Positions 60,249 through 64,000 of a DNA stretch of 64,000 nt are shown one piece after another; within the stretch, counting starts at the first letter, position 1; each line of letters opens with the position of its first letter. A model generated the notes under the pieces. It ran no database searches and was not told where the DNA came from. It saw only the letters and a program-made list of their open reading frames with translations. Source of the DNA: Candidatus Bathyarchaeia archaeon (GTDB taxonomy: Archaea; Thermoproteota; Bathyarchaeia; Bathyarchaeales; Bathycorpusculaceae); the NCBI GenBank assembly GCA_049512075.1, contig JBEKXL010000009.1, positions 1 to 64,000 of the forward strand, read 5' to 3'. The translations under genes and the position numbers were made by a program.

Positions 60249-61676
60249 ATGGAAATAACGGATATCCTACAACTATTGACTAACCCTCAAGCATGGCCCT
60301 TGTTTCTGACCTTCCTGGGCGGCTACGTAATGATGAACGTATTCTTTGAACGTGCTAAGGTCAAAGGCTTCACTGAACTCGAGAGAGTACTCATAGCCTT
60401 TGGAATAGGTGTTCTGTTTGAATATTTCCTATTCTATCCGCTGGTCACGTTGGCAAGCTTCTGGTGGCCTTTTTTCGGTAATGACAATCTGATATTCTCG
60501 GCTTTCGTATTCTGTGCAGTTTCAGCATCCGCCCTGTTCCTCACAATTCATAACGAGCCAAAACTCAGGATAGTCGGCGCTGCAAAGCGGGTTCTGAGTT
60601 TTTCAATAATTGTGCTGTTAGCAGTTGTGATTCTTGTGTGCAGCATCTACTTGGGTGTTGCGACATGGTATCAACCGCATACTCTGCGTCTCATTTCCGG
60701 CAGTTGGAATGCATTCACAGGCTCGACTATCTTCACTCTGGTCTGGTTCGAGATTGGGGTCTTTTTCGTCTGGTCCTATATCCTGAAAACGTCGCTCAAT
60801 GAAACCATCGACATCGCGGGCGCGATTCGAGGTGCTCTTAAAAAGCACCACATTCTGCCGATCGTTGCACTTGTCGCCTTGCCGCTAATCGCGGGCATCA
60901 TAATAGTCCCAATAGACACTAGGGCTGTTCTCTTCACACCCCACGTGGAAACTGGGGGTCAAATGCTCTCCTCGATCATGCAAGCATCGAAAGGCTTTGA
61001 GAAAGTCGTTTTCATAAACGCGACAAGAGGACCGCGAAACAACGTTTCTGCAACGTACCATTACTATGCCCTCATGAACACAAAATACAACATTGCGCTT
61101 CCCACCCTTTGGCGGCTTCTCTCATCGGTCTACGTCGACAATCCAAGCAACACAAGCTTCACGATGGGACAGTATTATCCAGGTCTTCCAAGTGCCACAG
61201 ATACCTGGAAACTCTACGTTGCTGCCCCAGACAACGTGACGTACAATCCGATTCTCAAACAGACACCAACCTTCGGAACCAGCGTTACAGGGCTGATTTT
61301 CGATTTTGGAAACTACACCGGCAACAACTCTCTCACAGTGACTCTGACCTACTGGCAAGAAATAGACCCCCTCGACAAAGTGAAAATAAACTACGGCAAC
61401 CTGACCTTTACCGACCTAGGAAACGGCACATGGACAGAAACACATAGTATCATGATCACAAACAACTCCAACGACACCCTTATCATTCCAGCCATGGATT
61501 ACGACCGCTTCAACGACTACGCCATAAGGAACAGCACTAACGCCTACTTGAATGGAAACTTAATTCCCTGGGCTCAACTTGTCTGGGAAACCAGGTTGTC
61601 GCTAGGTATTTGGGTGCAGCCTCAAACAATGTCCAACGTGACTATCGCTTTTCAGACCACAAGGAACCCAGAATAG
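60249..61676 (+). CDS. Polytopic membrane protein with extracellular glycosylated domain
   Basis: About 6 TM segments followed by an N/T-rich beta domain. Confidence 0.8.
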   Translation: MEITDILQLLTNPQAWPLFLTFLGGYVMMNVFFERAKVKGFTELERVLIAFGIGVLFEYFLFYPLVTLASFWWPFFGNDNLIFSAFVFCAVSASALFLTIHNEPKLRIVGAAKRVLSFSIIVLLAVVILVCSIYLGVATWYQPHTLRLISGSWNAFTGSTIFTLVWFEIGVFFVWSYILKTSLNETIDIAGAIRGALKKHHILPIVALVALPLIAGIIIVPIDTRAVLFTPHVETGGQMLSSIMQASKGFEKVVFINATRGPRNNVSATYHYYALMNTKYNIALPTLWRLLSSVYVDNPSNTSFTMGQYYPGLPSATDTWKLYVAAPDNVTYNPILKQTPTFGTSVTGLIFDFGNYTGNNSLTVTLTYWQEIDPLDKVKINYGNLTFTDLGNGTWTETHSIMITNNSNDTLIIPAMDYDRFNDYAIRNSTNAYLNGNLIPWAQLVWETRLSLGIWVQPQTMSNVTIAFQTTRNPE

Positions 61677-61694
61677 ATCCTGGGAGATATTCTC

Positions 61695-62345
61695 ATGCCT
61701 GGGCGCTTGAAACCTCCACCACCTGGTAACTATAGCATTGCTTGTCCGTACTGTCGAGATTCGAATCTGCTTGCAGTTTCAATTGATCTTAGCGAAGTCC
61801 GATGTCCTAGCTGTGGTCAGACCATTCGCGTGTTAATTGCTACTGTGAGAGCAAAAAGAGGTCGAGCAAGCGGTCCGCAGCGAGAATATGTGATAAGAAC
61901 TATAACGCACTCAGGAGAAGGCGTGCTCAGGTTTGTGGATGCAGGAGGGTCGGACCTTGATCTACGATCTGGCGACATAATGTACGTCGTCTACAAAATG
62001 AAGGAAAACAGAACATACGACGAAACTCCATCCCTTCTGTGCAATGTCACCACACACCAAGGCACGATTATTAAACCTCGCAAGTCGGGTTGCTTCATTG
62101 CTACGGTTGCTTGCGGATACGGTTCTTGGGAGGTGAAAGTATTATCAGGTTTCCGCGATGATATTCTATCAAAAAGCGAGATCGGTTCTCTGTTCATAGC
62201 ACTGTATTACACGTTCTCTCCGTTTTTTGCGTCGTTCATCGTCAAGAGAGAAAACCTGAAGAAGAACATTCGAAGATTCATAATATTCCCGGCTGCTGCC
62301 CTAGCTTCAAGGATGTTTAAGATAAAGTGTGCATGGAGCTCATAA
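61695..62345 (+). CDS. Zinc-ribbon protein with CFI-box-CTERM domain
   Basis: CPYC..CPSC; GCFIATVACG...FRD...YY.FSP. Confidence 0.85.
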   Translation: MPGRLKPPPPGNYSIACPYCRDSNLLAVSIDLSEVRCPSCGQTIRVLIATVRAKRGRASGPQREYVIRTITHSGEGVLRFVDAGGSDLDLRSGDIMYVVYKMKENRTYDETPSLLCNVTTHQGTIIKPRKSGCFIATVACGYGSWEVKVLSGFRDDILSKSEIGSLFIALYYTFSPFFASFIVKRENLKKNIRRFIIFPAAALASRMFKIKCAWSS

Positions 62346-62457
62346 TCAAGCTCAGAGCTCAGATTCGAGCACGTTTGTTTTTTTTGGGGTAAAGTTTTAT
62401 CTCAAACCCAGACCCTTTATATATTCACATATGTAGAACTGTCTAAGGGGCTTTTCT

Positions 62458-62856
62458 ATGGAAATCAATCCTGACTTACTTTTTTTGATTGTTGGCTGGG
62501 CTGTTGGTTTGTTTTCTGGGTTTCTTGGCACTATTGGATTCGACATTTGGAAGCAACATCAAGAAAGAAGAAAACTGAAAAATCTGGTGAAACAAGAACT
62601 GACGGAAATCAGGAGTGAACTAGACTTGCAGCTAAAGAATACAAAGGGAGACGTGGTTCAAGGCAGGGGACATAGACTTTCTGTATTCAATGAGCTTAGG
62701 GGCGACGTACTGCGCAAATTGAACGTGAAGATTTCCCGACAAATCGAGATCACTTATTCACAAATAAACAATCTGGGTGCAAATCGCTTACGTAAAGAAT
62801 GTGAAGAAGTATTGGGTTCCATCGATGACACGATAAGAATTTTGGACGACTGTTGA
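62458..62856 (+). CDS. Single-TM hypothetical protein
   Basis: N-terminal TM, helical C-terminus, upstream TTTATATA. Confidence 0.75.
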   Translation: MEINPDLLFLIVGWAVGLFSGFLGTIGFDIWKQHQERRKLKNLVKQELTEIRSELDLQLKNTKGDVVQGRGHRLSVFNELRGDVLRKLNVKISRQIEITYSQINNLGANRLRKECEEVLGSIDDTIRILDDC

Positions 62857-63094
62857 CCGCGCTCGCGAGGAAACCGAAACAAACTAAAGCCTCCAGCGCA
62901 GCCAGCTGGCCGGCCCTTGATTTTCTGTAATATAATATGAGGAAGAAGGCTATTTCTGCGCAGCCTAGCTTTTCGACGCAACTTTGCCCTGTCTTGTTCA
63001 TGCTTCTTAGATTCTATGCGTTTCTGATTTGGTTATGCTCACTATCAATGAACAGCGGCAGGTAGGCTAGCTCAAATGCCCCGCGCGCGCAGGG

Positions 63095-63136
63095 AAAAGA
63101 AAAGGACCAAAAAAATGGGTCAGTCTTTCTTGACCC
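63095..63136 (-). terminator. Putative integrase terminator
   Basis: Hairpin GGGTCA-N8-TGACCC followed on the minus strand by T-rich tracts. Confidence 0.5.
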
Positions 63137-63137
63137 G

Positions 63138-64000
63138 TTAGGCTTTCTCGAGGAGATATTTGTCATGGTTCAAGGCTTGGACCATGCGCCAGCCGTCATG
63201 CAGTCTTTGAATCATTTCGTCCTCGCCCTTGGCTACTAGGTACTTTCCGTTTCCGTCGTGCATGGTTCTAGGCTTTGCCAGGGGCTCTTCCTGTAGCCTT
63301 CTGAACTCGGTTATTCCTTCGTCAACGGTTTTAGACCTTGCCAGGACCTCTTCAAGTTTGCGGATCTCGCTTTCAGGTGTTCCTTGCAGTCTTGCGAAGT
63401 CAACGAGCATTTTGGACCGCATCCTCTTTTCTTCGATAACTGTGGTGTAGACGGTTAAGTGTGGAATGGCCTTTCGGTACTCAGCCAAGTGTTTTTCTTC
63501 TTCAGCTCGGAAGTACGATTCGTCTAGGTACTTGCCTTTGTGTCCCATCCATGATTCTCTGTAGGATTCGTCGACGCCTACACAGTTGGAGCGGAAGAAC
63601 TTGCGAAGGGTGTGGAGGTGGAGTTTGTACCATTTTTGAGACTTATCGGCAAGGCCGGACCGCTTCAGAATCCTCTGCCACACCTGTTCGAAATCTACGA
63701 CGCTTGTAAATCTGCCCTTGTGATAGGCGTCACCTATCAATGGCGATTTGGCCGTTAATTTCTCACCGGCGTTTTCTCTTTCTTTCAAGTATTGCTGCAA
63801 GACCTGTTTTGCCTCTGGCGTTGTGAAGGTGCTGAAGAACCTTCCGACGCTGCTGTTTCCTTTGCCCATGAACTTGCGTCCCATCCTGCTTTCAACCTTC
63901 ATCCTTGCCACGTCGGGATAGTCAAAGCTGACATCACCTATCGTCAGGCTCAATAGTGTTCCAATCCTCAGGCCACTGCTTGCCAGAACCAATATGGCTG
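63138..64000 (-). CDS. Tyrosine recombinase/integrase (5' end outside the window)
   Basis: Catalytic set SGLR, HTLR, MGH, YLDESY. Confidence 0.93.
   Translation of the reverse strand, partial: AILVLASSGLRIGTLLSLTIGDVSFDYPDVARMKVESRMGRKFMGKGNSSVGRFFSTFTTPEAKQVLQQYLKERENAGEKLTAKSPLIGDAYHKGRFTSVVDFEQVWQRILKRSGLADKSQKWYKLHLHTLRKFFRSNCVGVDESYRESWMGHKGKYLDESYFRAEEEKHLAEYRKAIPHLTVYTTVIEEKRMRSKMLVDFARLQGTPESEIRKLEEVLARSKTVDEGITEFRRLQEEPLAKPRTMHDGNGKYLVAKGEDEMIQRLHDGWRMVQALNHDKYLLEKA

Larger units (their letters stand above)
31100..64000. mobile_element. Integrated element (provirus-like or plasmid-like), right end outside the window
   Basis: Tyrosine integrase, replication ATPase, Topo VIII-like gene, AbrB/HTH regulators, DUF5131 and many orphans; no housekeeping genes; left boundary approximate. 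Confidence 0.85.

Noticed and set aside
55500-63137. Classical integron cassette array
   Set aside because: No repeated attC-like palindromes, mixed gene orientations and no IntI-specific features visible

Overview
Archaeal genomic window, most likely Bathyarchaeia (inferred from gene content and style). The left half (1 to ~31 kb) is host chromosome: an IS200-type tnpA end, pyrD-pyrK-ileS, tRNA-Ala(CGC), a tRNA-Lys(CTT) carrying three introns, a MetE-like enzyme, two solitary archaellins, htpX, an M20 hydrolase, acdB, uppS, ychF, and an E1a/E1b 2-oxoacid/acetoin dehydrogenase pair with a decayed E2. Its intergenic gaps hold three decayed integrase relics and a dispersed modular repeat family (core CATTACATCTGACATTACAAA...GGGGG). 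The right half (~31.1 kb to the window end) is a >33 kb integrated mobile element ending in a tyrosine integrase. It encodes a single-chain type IIB topoisomerase (Topo VIII-like B-A fusion), a DUF3631-like replication ATPase with an iteron block present twice as an inverted repeat, two parallel AbrB-headed modules each ending in a divergent winged-helix gene pair, a frameshift-split ~1,760 aa surface protein, and membrane cargo genes. Accessory DNA is strikingly enriched in (CG)n runs. All alignments and counts were done by eye; no database searches were run.
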